DNA of 64,000 nucleotides from the human T2T-CHM13v2.0 reference genome, Homo sapiens, in assembly GCF_009914755.1 (NCBI RefSeq), contig NC_060935.1; one strand, 5' to 3'. Position 1 is the stretch's first letter, and each line of letters begins with the position of its first letter. A program made the translations under genes and the position numbers. The notes below the pieces were generated by a model, which searched no databases, was not told where the DNA came from, and saw only the letters and a program-made list of their open reading frames with translations. Below, one piece after another: positions 13,351-30,239 of this stretch.

Positions 13351-14719
13351 ATGGATGGAATCAGAACACTGGCGTTCTTAATTCAGTTTGTGGTCTACAG
13401 CACACCACCGGAGAGTCTGTTTTCCCAGCTTTAAAATGGGCATTTTAAGATCTTAAAATATCTCTACTATCTTCCCACGAGTGTTGCTAAGATGAAATAA
13501 GGTAATGAACGTCGAAGCACTCACCCCACAAAGAGAAGGGGTCCTAATTCCAGGTGCCTACAGTACCAGTGGCCCCTGTCCCCACTCCGTCTGCCCATGC
13601 GCCATTCTCAGGAAAGTCAGCCCATAGGGATCCTGTGCCTTCCCCTGGAGGTCTTCCTCTGCTCCCCGCTCCCACTCCCGAATCAAGGCAAGATCTCTCC
13701 TTTGCCTTTGCAGGTGAGGCCTGCACTTCTCTGGGAGTGATGGTCACCTTCAGTCATCTTTAGGGAGAGCTGATTGTCAAAGAGTTTTCTTTCCCACCAG
13801 AAGGGGAGCTCCCTGAGGACAGGGCCCTGACACCCTCCAGCCCTCAAATGGTGCTCCATCTCTTGTGTTGAATGAACACATGCACTAATAGGACACTAAG
13901 AAGAGAATAGCCAGCTCTGGCCAGACCAGAAACACACAAGCTCTGAAATCAAAAGGGCAGAGTCACTGTCCTGGCTCCATCCGTAACTTGTTGGGCCACT
14001 TTGAGTAAATACATCTATCCTTGCTTTGGACCTCAACTTTCTGCCCAGCTTCTCTTGAAGAGCTAATGGAGACTCCAAAGAGTGCCAGAGGAGTATGAGG
14101 TGGGAAGGGATGTTGAGCCATATCCCACTCTGGTAGGGAATCATATTTCCGGGTTTAAACACTTGGCTGGCTGGCTGTAAAGGTATCTTTCTGGGCCAAG
14201 GCTGGGCTCCCCATTGCACTGTGCTTTCAGGGTATTACCCCCAAGATCTCCACCCTCCAAAAGAGAGCAGTAGGAGGAACCAGTGATCCCCAAACTGGCC
14301 CTTCCTAGGGCTCTCAGGATCAGGGACAAACATGATCTGTCCAGTGCCCTTCAGGCTTAATTTCTACTCTAATCTGGCCAGTCTCTTCCTTTCCCCTGAG
14401 TATTCTTTATTTTAACAGATAGTGCAAGCTTATGCATGTCACCATGCTTCCCTTTTTGCCTTTGCTTCCAGGGATCTCAGAGTTAAATCCTGTGCTGCTT
14501 AATTGCATAAACAATCTCATCCCAAGGGTTTGGGACAGTGATCTTTTCCTTTCTCTTTGTTTAAAATGTGCTGTGCACATATATTCATGTCTTAGATGTA
14601 AGAAGTGGATTAAGATGGGTTCCCCTACATCCTGCCCATCATACTTCAAAAAAGGCCTCCACCATCTCAGCCCTCCTGTCCATCCCTATTATCCCCAGAG
14701 TTGAGGCCAACTTCATTCC

Positions 14720-15010
14720 TTTTTTTTTTTTTTTTGAGATGGAGTTTTGCGCTTGTCGCCCAGGCTGGAGTGCAGTGGCGTGATCTGGGCTCACTGCAAC
14801 CTCTGCCTCTGGGTTCAAGCGATTCTTCTGCCTCAGCCTCCCGAGTAGCTGGGATTACAGGCATGCACCACCTATAATTTTTGTATTTTTAGTAGAGATG
14901 GGGTTTCGCCATGTTGGCCAAGCTGGTCTTGAACTCCTGACCTCAGCTGATCCACTCACCTCAGCCTCCCAAAGTGCTGGGATTACAAGCATGAGCCACC
15001 GCACCCGGCC
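14720..15010 (-). mobile_element. AluS
   Basis: Alu dimer with poly-T tail and TSD cttcattcctt. Confidence 0.9.
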
Positions 15011-15736
15011 ATCTTCATTCCTTACTTGAACTTTCCCAACAGCCTCTTACCAGGTCTCCTCCCCCTAATCTGGATCTCTCCTATCTATTTTCCTCACACC
15101 TGCCTTGAGAACTATGCTGATCATTTCTACTGACAAATCTGATCACATCACTTTCCCACATAAAACCTATTATTCACTTCCTATCATTTATAGGTTAAAA
15201 TCTAAAATTTTCAGCACTGAATTGAACACCACGCATATTTTAGTTCCAATCTACCATTGCCACCTACCCTACACTTTGGCCAACCGCTCACCTCCCCAAA
15301 CTGACCATGCGTCGTCGCACCTCCATATCCTCACACATGTTTTCCTTCTGCCTGGACTCTCTCTTCCTCCATCTAGTGAATCCCATTTAACTTTCCAAAG
15401 GTCAGTTGAGTCACCTCCACTCCAAGGTCTTCCCTGAGTCCCCCAGGCAAAGTCAATGTTTAGTCTTTGTGTTTCCCATAGCACTTTGAATTGTAGCTGT
15501 TGGAGTGTAAGTATTTATTTGCATTTTTACCCTGCACTGTGAGTGCAGGTGCCTTTTGAAATTTATATCTGTAATTCGAGCATTTAGCAAAGTCCTTGAC
15601 ACACAGATACTGAATAAATAATTGCTACATGAATGAGTGAAGACCTCAGTGATTGGAAAAGCCTTCAGCCCACTATTGGCCTCAGCTTTAGTCAATGATT
15701 GACATAAGAAACAAACACTTGAAAGTTTCTGTGTCA

Positions 15737-16040
15737 GGCCGGGCCCAGTGGCTCACACCTGTAATCCCAGCACTTTGGGAGGCTGAGGTGGGAAGATGGC
15801 TTGAGCCTAGGAGTTTAAGACCAGCCTGGGCAACAAAGTGAGACCCCCCCGCCAACTTCGTCTCTACAAAAAGTAAAAAAGATAGCTGGGCATAGTGGCA
15901 CGCACCTGTAGTCCTAGCTACTCTGAAGGCTGAGGCAGGAGGATCGCTTGAGCCCAGGAGGTTGAGGCTGCAGTGAGCCGTGTTTGCACCACTGCACTCC
16001 AGAGCAAGACTGTCTCAAAAAGAAAAAAAGAAAGAAAGAA
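15737..16040 (+). mobile_element. AluJ-like
   Basis: Alu dimer with A-rich tail. Confidence 0.85.
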
Positions 16041-17152
16041 AGTCTTTGTGTCTTCTGTAGAAATACTATTGAAGAGAGTTGTCTATATATTATTTAATAC
16101 CCTTTTAAAAAGGAGACTGAATAAATTCTTCCAAAATCTAGTCAGGAAAAAAAAATGCATCTCCCCATAGCAATTTGTTGCACTAAGAGTTTATCTGGCA
16201 TCTGCTTTCTTCCTTCATAGCGAACTTGCTCATTGCCTGCCAAGGCAGCCCATTCCACTGTTGGACAGCTCTGTTAGAAAGTTCTTTATATTAAACTGAA
16301 ATCTGATTCTCTGTGACTGCCTGTGTTGCCCCTCACTCTGTCCCCAGGGCTATACAGAACAAGCCAAGTCCTTTTGTCTTTTGAGAGCTCTCTAGAGATT
16401 TGGGGCAGAGAACCCCTCTTCCATACCTTCACCTTTACCAGTCTGGGTCCCGGGACCCCTCATGCCATATTAAACATTGTCTTCAAATGTGCCAAGCTCT
16501 TGGGCCTCCATGACTCTGCAAACACTGTTTCTTCGCCCTGGAATGCCCTCTCTGTACTCACTTTGATTTGTCTGGCAAGCTTACTTATTTTTCAAGGGTT
16601 AAGGTAATTGCTAACTCCTTCACTCATGCAACAATTATTGAGTGCAAATTCTGGGCCAGACATAGTGCTAGGTGCTAGGGACACAGTGGAGAACAAGACA
16701 GACACCGACACTTGTATTCTAGGTGCTCTGAATCCTCTTTGCTGGTCTCTGAGTTAGCTCCGTTCTGCTCCATACTTCTTTGTTATAGCACTTACTACAT
16801 TGTATTTTCAATAGGTTTTGTGTCACCTCCTCTATAGTGAGTTCTTTGAGAACATAGACTACTATTTAATATCTTCCCTAGCCTTCAACACACAGCTTTG
16901 CACATATTTGCTGCTAAATAAAGGTTTGTTGAATAATATCCTAGTTCCTTCAAACAGTCCTCATGTGACATGCTATTTGTGACTAAAAGGCCACCTCCTC
17001 CGCTGCAGGTTGCTTAATTATGTAAAATTACCATAGCGATAAGGATCATAGGGATCAGTGTCAAGGAGAGACTTAGCCTAGTCCGCTTAATTCTGTCCAT
17101 AAGATTCTAAAAGAAGATTCACCACAAGAAGATTACATAATAGAGACTCTAC

Positions 17153-17563
17153 ACCAGTGGTGTGCTGGTAAATGTTTAACAACTGGTTCTCCAGGGGAAA
17201 AAAAGTGTTGTTTTTTACAGTTGCCAATGTCTGTGGTGTAAATACTCCCACTGTGGCCAATTCACGCTACCAATGTGACATCACTGAAAGCGCAGTGGAG
17301 AAGAGAGGCACAGTGAAATACCGTTATACAGTATTTCCTCCCTATCGACATAGTAGATGTAAATAACCTCAAGAACATTGAGAGTAGTAATTAGGAAGTG
17401 ATGACTCAGTTTTTATTACCTCTGTTTTAAGTGTAACTTATTTAATTATACGTTATGTTATTTAATTTTTAGGAATGATTGTGTTCAATAACCAGCTTGC
17501 AACATTTCTGAAAATTTAACCCCTGGCTCTCCTTAGCTGGTAAAAGCCCCCTCTAGTACGCTG
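17153..17563. mobile_element. MER63-like hAT DNA transposon
   Basis: Terminus ccagtggtgtgctggtaaatgtttaacaac resembles the recalled MER63 end. Confidence 0.6.
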
Positions 17564-18579
17564 CTTTTACATGATTAGGTGCTGAAATGCAATGAACAAA
17601 TAGCCTCTTTAAAGCTGAGTTCAGCCAGTGGTGGTGGCATGTCTGTAGTCCCAGCTTCTCTGGAGGCTGACGTGGGAGGATCACTTTGAGACCAGCCTGG
17701 GCAACATTGTGAAACCCTATACCATTTAAATAAATAAATAAATAAATAAATAAAGCTGAGTCCAATTTATTTACATTAGGAGGAAAGTCTTATTTAAAGG
17801 ACCTTCACAGTTAATTTATTTGTGAACAATTCCTACCCTACTCTCACCCCTCAACTGGGTCAGTTACTCACCTATATAACAAACATTTATTTAGAACCTA
17901 CTATCATTTTTGTATTTATTTGGCTCTCCAGATGTTGTGCATATAGTTGGCCTAAATAAAAATGTCTGTAGAATGGATGAATGAATCCTCAGCACCTGAA
18001 ATAGTGCCTGATGCGTTGTGGGTGCTCGATCAGTATCTATGTGAGTGAATGGATCTTCTTAAAGTGAGGCTCATCCGTATTTACATAGGTTTCCATATGG
18101 CTACGTGAATATTCCCAAGTCTTTTTTCTCCCTCATTGAGCCCTCTGTTCCCAGGACAATCTGTACACAGCAAGAGGAGGAAGTATCAGGAAACCAGAAT
18201 GGGGAACACATAGCCCTTAATGTCAGAGAGCCCTCATGAGGAAAACTGAGTGGGGACATGGTGTCTTCAGCAGAAGACATGGAGTGGGATCATCATTCTT
18301 CTAGAGTCTTAAGCCCTGCCACTGGCCAGAGGCCTCCTCTACTGGGGCATCCTCACTTACCAAGTATCAAAGAGAGTGGACCTTGTTCTCTCACCTCCTC
18401 CACATTCAGGGGACTTTAGAAAAGCAGTTTGTTCTCAGAGACTTCTTTCAATAGGTCTGTGAGGATGCAGTTAGAGCACCAGAAAACAGTGCCATACAAC
18501 TTGGGTCACGCAGTTGGAAGGTGGCAGGCACTGTGTCCACCTAAAGGTGGGAATGAAGAGCCACTAGAATTATCTTTTA

Positions 18580-19271
<692 letters not shown>

Positions 19272-19919
19272 AGAATAAAATCCAAATCATTTGCCAAATA
19301 TGTAAAGCCTTCCATGCCCTGGCCCTGTCTACACTCTGACTTCAGACCACTCTCCCTGTGCTCACTATGCTCTAGTACACGGGCCTTCTTTCTGTCCCTG
19401 GGATACATCAAGCTGCCTGGTCCCTCCTCAGGGATTTTGCCCTTGCTAGTTCTCCTGCTTGGAATGCTCTTCCCTCAACCTTTTCTACAGATAATACTTC
19501 ATTCAGCTCAAATGTCACTTCTTTAGTGATGTTTCCCTGGTCCAATCTATGTAATGATGCCTGCTTTTGAGTAATTTTCTATCTTATTGCCTTGTTTTCT
19601 TTCCTTTCTTATCATTCTCTGAAACATATTTTTCACTTGTATATTATCTGTCTCCCTCATGAGCACAAAAGCTCTGCAACAGCCTAGGCTTTAATTTTTT
19701 TTGTTTTATTTTCTATTTTTTTTTTTTTTTAAAGACAAAGACAGCATCTCGCTATGTTGCTCAGTCTGGTCTCAAACTCCTGGGCTCAAGCCATCCTTCT
19801 GTCTTGACATCCCAAAGTGCTGGGACCACAGGTGTGAGACACTGCGTCTGGCTGTGGACTTTAATTTTTGATCACTGCTATATCCCTAGCTCCTGGAACA
19901 ATGCCTAATACATAACAGA

Positions 19920-20337
19920 TTTTTTTGTATGTGTGTGTGAACCTAACTTCAATATTTTATTGTCTTCACAATTAAAAAAAAGATGAAGCTTTGAACTAGG
20001 TCACTTGGCCCTTTTCTTCCTATCTCCCGCCAGTTTAAAATGCTTGCATCTCTTAATAGTCAGCCTTCTCTTAGCTCTGCAATTGGGCTCAATGCACTCA
20101 AGGCTCAGCACAGTCTTTTTTGTGGTTTTAACCTTTTTCTGGAAAATTGGCTTAGTCTGCCCACCCTAGCCACTCTGCTTCTTGTTATAATGCTGCTTTC
20201 CCTGGACATACAGTGGATCCTTACCCTTCTTGTACTGCGTCAGTTTGTGGGGTTGGTGCTTGCCTCACTTCTTACGGAAAGTCTGGCAGGTTTTAGGAAT
20301 GTTCACCATGTTTGTAGGTGTGCTATTGATATAGAAA
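19920..20337 (-). pseudogene. RPL36A: Processed pseudogene of RPL36A (eL42)
   Basis: From the ATG at 20309 it reads [57 protein letters not shown]...KRCKHFKL. In-frame stops at 20265-20267 and 20166-20168 and a frameshift near the C-terminus. Intronless, AATAAA at 19961-19956, A-tail remnant. Lys38 points to RPL36A rather than RPL36AL. Confidence 0.93.
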
Positions 20338-21460
20338 ATGAATTTAAAAAAGAAAGAAAAGAAATGGAGGATGGAATATTTATCTGTGTTATCTGATTCA
20401 TATGAGTAATGAACCCTAGATTCAAGACCCCAAATCCTTGGAATTCACCCACATTAGTATTTTCATCATCATTATTATTCCCCTTACTTTTATTATCATC
20501 TCACCACCATCATTATCAATAACAGCACTGCACGGCACATGGGAGTATTTAACGTTGTTGAATGACTGAATAAATGAATAGCAACTTTACAGCTGACCTC
20601 GGACTTCCTTTTTAGTCTTATTTACTCCTCCTCCTCTGCTTCAGTCCAACTTCTTATCTATACTGTGTGTAGCTACTCAGAGTCATTTTCACTGAACACA
20701 TGCCTCCATGCCTCCTTGTGTTGGCTTATTCTGCTATTCTTTCTATTTGTAATTCCCATTTCCCTTCTCTGATGAGTTCTCATTCTTCCTTTAGGACCTA
20801 ATTCTGTATTTCATCCAGGTACATAGTCACTTCCTCTTCTGTGCCTCCATATTGCCTTTTCTACATCACTGTTAAATGCTCATCTCTTAAATTATAGGTG
20901 TTTGTGTATCTGTCTCCCTCCCTAGATAGGGAGTATCATGAGGGCAGAGATGGTATATTTCATCTCTGTGTTATCAGGAACCATTATTGGACTTGCCATA
21001 TAGCAGTTTAACAATATTTGTTGAAATCTTCCTTTTTGTATTGGGCATACAGGTTGCCTTGCAGAAGAGTGTGCTAGAGGAGAAGATGTACAATGTTGGT
21101 CAGAACATGGTCCCTTGCCCCAAGTTCTTACAATCTAATTGGGAGAGAATCTTTTCATAGAGATATAGCATTAAAACTCGATGTATTCTAGAATTAAATA
21201 TGAGACTGGAGAAAGCTTGGTGTGGAACATGTGTAGAACTGGAGTAGTGAGTCAAAAGATTTGTTTTCTAGTTTCTACTTTACTAGTCACTCACTATGTG
21301 GCTTTGGCAAATTATTTCCCCTCTTTAGACCTTGGTTTTCTTCTCTTGAAACAAAAAGGTTTGATTAGAAGCCTTGGATGGTTTTTTAAAGCCAGTTATA
21401 GCTCTGACATTCTGATTCTGGAGTTTGGAAACTGGGTGGAGGAGACCGCGTAGGCTCAGT

Positions 21461-21478
21461 TTGCCCCCTGGTGGTCAA
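21461..21478 (-). promoter_or_regulatory. CTCF binding motif
   Basis: Minus strand TGACCACCAGGGGGCAAA matches the CTCF core CCASYAGRKGGCR. Confidence 0.75.
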
Positions 21479-22144
21479 ACTGAGCAACATCGCAGACCTA
21501 GGAGACGCCTGCAGGCATTTCCCAGGGATGGGATTGCAGAACACAGAGCCAAGTAAACAAAGAACAGTGGGACGATGACCATTCTAGTGCAGAACCCATC
21601 AGGTTTCTCGTTGATCACTAGTAGATTGGTATAGAAGCCTGTCTTCCTTCAGGACAAAGGAACTTGGGAGATCATGCTTTCTGTTCTCAGCCTCCAGCTG
21701 AACCCATCTCTCCCGTTTCTTTCCAAAGTAGACAAAGTCAATCTCTGAGAGGCTATTTTGTAGCTCCCCTGACTTTTTCTTCTGCTGCAATCACAGTGCT
21801 CTCTTCTGAGGCAAATCCTCCATTCTGCTCAATGTAACTATTCGTCTATTTATTTATGACAAGAAGAGGTTTTCACTCTTCTCATTCTTTTCCTGGGACA
21901 GGTCCATGACCCACTCCTTCTTGGAGACTTGGACCAAAGTGAAGGTAGTAGGATATCTTTGATGAGACTGGGAAAATAGAGACTCTGTGAGAATAAGAAA
22001 TGTGATTTACGCTATAAAAGGTGAGCAATACTAGCAGAGAAAGTTTTGTCTTTTAGATATTTCACTCTGAGTGCAGTTGGGTAAGGCCATTTGCCCATTT
22101 CTTTTCCCTCTTATTCTCTATATCTTGAACCTAAGGGATTTCTT

Positions 22145-22595
22145 TTTTAAAAAATTTTTTAATGATAATTAATTCTCATCTTTTTTTATTATTATACTTT
22201 AAGCTCTAGGGTACATGTGCACAACGTGCAGGTTTGTTACATATGTATACATGTGCCATGTTGGTGTGCTGCACCTGTTAACTTGTCATTTACATTAGGT
22301 ATATCTCCTAATGCTATCCCTCTCCCAGCCCCCCACCCCACGACAGGCCCCGGTGTGTGATGTTCCCCACCCTGTGTCCAAGTGTTCTCATTGTTCAGTT
22401 CCCAACTGTGAGTGAGAACATGTGGTGTTTGGTTTTCTGTCCTTGCGATAGTTTGCTCAGAATGATGGTTTCCAGCTTCATCCATGTCCCTACAAAGGAC
22501 ATGAACTTATCCTTTTTTATGGCTGCATAGTATTCCATGGTGTATATATGCCACATTTTCTTAATCCAGTCTATCATTGATGGACATTTGGGTTG
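22145..22595 (-). mobile_element. 5'-truncated L1PA (about PA5-7) 3' end
   Basis: L1 3'UTR plus ORF2 C-terminus ([20 protein letters not shown]). 19-bp TSD tgaacctaaRggatttctt at 22126-22144 and 22596-22614. Confidence 0.92.
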
Positions 22596-22665
22596 TGAAC
22601 CTAAAGGATTTCTTAAAGCCACCTCTATCCTCTTAAAAAACAAAAAGAACAACTCTACACTATAA

Positions 22666-23010
<345 letters not shown>

Positions 23011-23205
23011 CTAAATCAAAGAGGAAACTAATTGCTTGGAACTTGGGGCCAGAGCCTAGAGGAACAAGAATAGGGGCCCTGAGTGCAGGGAAAAGAGGAA
23101 GAAAGACTGAGGCGAGGAGAGGGAGGTGCAGAGAGGAGTAAGACTAGTTGCCAATTCTAAGTGGATTTATAGGCATCTGGAGGGAAAATGTAAAGCAATT
23201 AAAGA

Positions 23206-23525
<320 letters not shown>

Positions 23526-23942
23526 CTATTTTGCCCCACCAATGTGCTTTTTTGTTAGTTAGAATATTTTTCTGACAATGAGTACTTTGAAAGTCACTAA
23601 ACATAAAAGTGTAACTAAGGCGATAACATTCATTCATTCCACAGCAGCTGGAATATGTCAAACACTGTACCTAATGCTGTTCCTGCTCAAACTGGTCAGC
23701 ATCTAGACTTTGTCTTCCGTGTTTGCTGCTGAATTCTTAGCACTTACATAATCCTGCCACATAGTAGGTGCTCAATAGATATTTGTTGAATGAATGAATG
23801 AATGAATGAATGAACATTAGCTGCACCATACTTTCTCCAGTAATATCTCAACTCTGGGGGTGGGATGAAGCCTGCTTAGATTCTTTTTGTTATTCACTGA
23901 TAATTATAGAATCGAGATTTATCCTTATAGAATACAAATCCA

Positions 23943-24266
23943 GGCTAGGCATAGTGGCTCACGCCTGTAATCCCAGCACTTCAGGAGGCCAAGGAGAGTG
24001 GATCACTTGAGGTCAGGAGTTTGAGACGAGCAGGCTGGCTAACATGGTGAAACCCCGTCTCTACAAAAATACAAAAAAAAAAAAAAAAAATTAGCCAGGT
24101 GTGGTGGTGCATGCCTGTAGTCCCAGCTACTCAGGAGGCTGAGGCAGGAGACTTGTTTGAACCCAGGAGGTGGAAGTTACAGTGAACCAAGATTGTGCCA
24201 CTGCACTCTAGCCTGCGTAACAGAGCAAGACTCCATCTCAAACAAACAAACAAAACCAAAACAAAA
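23943..24266 (+). mobile_element. AluS
   Basis: Alu dimer with expanded mid-A region and (AAAC)n tail. Confidence 0.88.
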
Positions 24267-24860
24267 ATCCATATGTACCAATCCCTTGGGCCAAATATTA
24301 AATCTTTCAATTACTTTAGGTTTAAATGAGAGAGGTATATGGTTGCTTAGCATGACACTTGGCACGTGGTAGTTGCTCAATAAATTCTAGTTTCTTTTCT
24401 TCTCCAGTTTTCTAGTCTCATCTCCAACCTGATGTTCTAGCCACATCAAATTCTTTGTCAGTCCCACACAGGTCCCAAACTTTTATGCCTTTGTGCCTTG
24501 GCTCTTATTTTCTCTCTGCTTTCCGTTGTATCCATGTGGTGAACTTCCTTCCCTCAGTCTTTAAAAACGAGCTCAAATGTCCCCTCTTCTGTGAAATCTC
24601 CTGAACTTCCTCTCACCTTTGCTCCCTGCTTCCATGGCATTCTGTTTATGTCTGTTGTAGCCCTTGCAATTCTTCTATAACTCTTCTGTTTTCTGCTATA
24701 TTTTTTTCTACTTTTGCCTTTCTGTTAGGTTTTGACTTTGAGGGGGCAAGGACCAAGTCTTATTTGTATTCATAGAGTGTTTGGAAAGAGTCTGGAGGAG
24801 GCTGGGCAGATGACATGACAAACACAGATGGAGGGATTAGATTTGCAAAAGAATTACCTA

Positions 24861-25486
<626 letters not shown>

Positions 25487-26292
25487 TCATATCTGAGTCT
25501 TTCAGTCCAGCAAGGAGAAGCTGGAGCCATCAGCTAGAGGGAAGGTTTGTAGTGATGTGGATGAGGAGTGAGGAAGGGGTAGTGGTGGGGTGGAACCATG
25601 CAGAGCTATCTGGGTAGAGGTGCTATGAGAAGGATGGTAGGGAATTCTGACAGCAATGCAATCCTCAGAAAGCAGCTGGAGGGGAAGCATTGGTACCTGG
25701 GGCTGCACTGCCATTTGTTCCAGTTGGCATCGTGCATTAAAGGGAGTCTGTGAATCCTTCTTCCCATGGTGGTCTGTGGTGCAGGTGGGGCCTTAGAGAA
25801 AAGCTATTTGGGCTTGTTCTACTCTAGGCTGTTGGCTTAAGCTTCTTGTATCATTTTATAATCTACCAAGCACCCTTGACAACCATTTTTAGGTGACACT
25901 TCAAAAACAACAAGCTAATGTCTCAGTTAGAGTACTTTGATGTAAACAACAGAGACTGTGAGTCATTTAAGAAAAAATGAAATTTACTGAAAGGATACAA
26001 AGAGTTGACAGGAAAACTGCAGCATCGGATATGGAAAATGGGCTGTAACCTAGGCAGGCTCGGCAACGGGAACCACAGCCAAGTCTGTGTCTCAGGTACA
26101 GCCTGGCATGGCCACCCTCATCATGGCAGGGCCACCCCCCTCAAACCCCACCAGGGCCCCACTGCTGTTGCATACCTACTGTCTCTGTTGCTATGAATAA
26201 TTCTAAAATTGTCTCTATGTTTTCATGTCACTTGCTGAAGATGCCAAGCTCAGAGAATAGTGGCCAGGTGGCTGAGCCTGGGTCATGTGTCA

Positions 26293-26750
<458 letters not shown>

Positions 26751-27185
26751 AGAGGTTTGGATGCATTTTTGTCAGTTTTCAATTTTCATCACAATCCCAG
26801 GCTGCTAGGCTTGAAACTTTAGAATCATCCTCATTGTTATTAGCTTCCCACATAGTGAGTGGCTCTCCAGATTTCTTAGGTGTGCCTTGCTCTCTGTCAC
26901 CACTATTGCTTTTAGTAAGATTACTCAGCAATGGCATAGAGGAGAGAAGAGGCTGGAAATTGGAAGTTGGACTTCTACAATGTTAGTGCTGGAATGGTCC
27001 TTTGAATTTATCTATTGTAGTGGTCTTACCTAGGAGTATTCATTAGAATTCTTATGGCACTAAAAAAAAAAATACACAGCCTGGTATCCCCCACCTGGGT
27101 TTCTGGGTTCACTAGATCTGAGGTGGGACCTTGATATATACAGGTGTTTCTGAGGTGTGTCCCAGGTTGAGAACTGATGACTTTC

Positions 27186-28029
<844 letters not shown>

Positions 28030-28697
28030 TTCAATACTCTTGTTTTAAAAATGAGGAGATTGAGGCCCAGAAGGAAGTTAGCTGTTTGAAATCACACAGT
28101 GAGTTAGAAGGGGCCAAGACCAACCCCAGATCTCCTGGCTTCTGGTCCAGTGCTACTCAGACCTCTTGCTTTTTCCCTCTGCTAAAGGAAATTTTCTATA
28201 TTTATTTGTATCCAAGAAAGCATGCTATGTTTCTGTGGCTCAGCTCCTCCAACAGTAAACAGATTAAAAGATCCAAACCATCGAGAGTGAACAGCCTGCA
28301 CAAATGGTCCCATTTCTAATGATGGTTGGCTTGATCTCTGGATCACAGATCTCCTTTGTCAGAATCCGGGAAAAATGTCCTCAAGAACCTTAAGTTGGGA
28401 TGGAAGTGGGCAGGACCCATGGATAAAGGATAGCCTAGCCAAGGCCATACTTCTGTGTCTGGCAGGATTCTGTCTGGGTCTCTATGCAAACAGGTCTTTG
28501 TTTTAATCACCCATTAGCCTTTCTTCAACTCTTGACTGTCCTTTAGCCATCTGGTTCTTATCTTGGGAATCCATCACCTTTTTTTCCCCCTGCTCTCTGA
28601 GTTAATCAATCACTCGGCACTGGATTGGTTTACCGCTAGCTCTGGGCAATCTCATCAAAACCCAGGGCTTCTCATGCCTTCTATTATATTATGTTGA

Positions 28698-28970
28698 TTT
28701 TTTTTTTTGAGACAATGTCTCATTCTGTTGTCCAGGTTGGAATGCAGTGGTGCCATCACGGCTCACTGCAGCCTTAACCTCATGGACTCCAGTGATCTTC
28801 CTGCCTCAGCCTCCTGAGTACAGGTGAGTGCCACCATGCCCAGCTAATTTCTGTATTTTTTGTAGAGATGGGGTTTCACCATGTTGCCCAGGCTGGTCTT
28901 TAACTCCTGAGCTCAAGCGATCTGCCTGCCTCATCCTCCCAAAGTGCAGGCGTGAGCCACCGCCCCCAGC
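28698..28970 (-). mobile_element. AluJ-like
   Basis: Diverged Alu dimer with small internal deletions. Confidence 0.8.
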
Positions 28971-30239
28971 CTATGTTGCTTTTTTATTTTTCTCTCTTTA
29001 CAAAACTCGTGTTATCCTATAAAGGTTTCCACTAAGAAATGCCATTTATTTAATGCTTCCCATTCTTTGCCCTGCTCCAAATCTATCCCAGGGCAAAGAA
29101 AGCAAAGAATGGGAGAACTACTGTAGCAGAACCACCTTTCCATTAGAGAGGGGTCATTCTTTCTCCTGGAACCTCTGCATCTAGAAAGGGCACTAGCATC
29201 AAAGTCCAAGCACCTCTCCCTAGCTCAAGCAGGAGTGACACGGTCAGAGCTGGCCTATAGGAAGCAACTCGAAGAGTGTGGAGGATGGATTAGAAAAGAG
29301 GTTGGGAGAGGGGAGACAATCAATCTATAGCAGCTACTGCAGTAATCTAGATGAGAGATGATTAGACCTGAATTGGGCAGTGGGAATGGGATGAAGAGGT
29401 GGGGAAATAGTCATTTTGATAGTGGAATTGACAGGACTAAATAACTGATGGTTTGTGGGAGATAAGGAAGAAGTTCAAGATGACTAGGTTTGGAGCTTGA
29501 GTACCTGGGAGGATGGGACCTTTCATAGAATGAAGGAAATAAGAAGAGCAGTTTTGAAAGGAGGATGGGAGACAGTGACATTAGTTTTGTACATGAGGAA
29601 TGTAGGGATCTAAGAGGATGTTTCCATCAGGCAGTTGAATATGGAGGGCTGGACTCAGGAGGCCTGGGCTGCAGACAGCAATCTGGGAGCTCCTGAGGGA
29701 AGAAAATGTGGACCAGTGCAGCACGCAGAGTGAGAAGGGGACTGAGGCCTAAGCCTAGAGGAACACCCACATGGAAGCACCAAACACGGGAGACTGAGAA
29801 GGAGCCAAGGGCCTGGGAAAAAAAACAGGAAAGTGTGGTTTTACCAGCCAAGGGGGGCAGTTTCAGGAAGGGACATGGGGAGAGAGGATGAGGAGGTAGG
29901 ATTGACAAGAGGCTGCTCCTTTTGGCAGTTAGTTACCACGGTGGGCCTGGTTTCAGTCACAAAGCTACCCCCATCCTTAGGAGAGAGCTCAGGCCCTCAT
30001 ATCAAATGAACACTAAGGCAGGTTTCTGAGTAACTCACATATTCCCCACTCACTTTCTCCTCAGTTATCAAGGCATTACAGGATAAGTACGTGTATCAAA
30101 GTTTAACATCGTTCAGAATTGCCAGTAAAGCCCCTCAGTTCCCACCTCTTTCAGTTCAGTAAGAGGAAACTGCAAGGACTTTTCGAGAGTGCGGCTGATG
30201 ACCGCATAATAAAGAATAACTAATAAATATTAATGAAGT

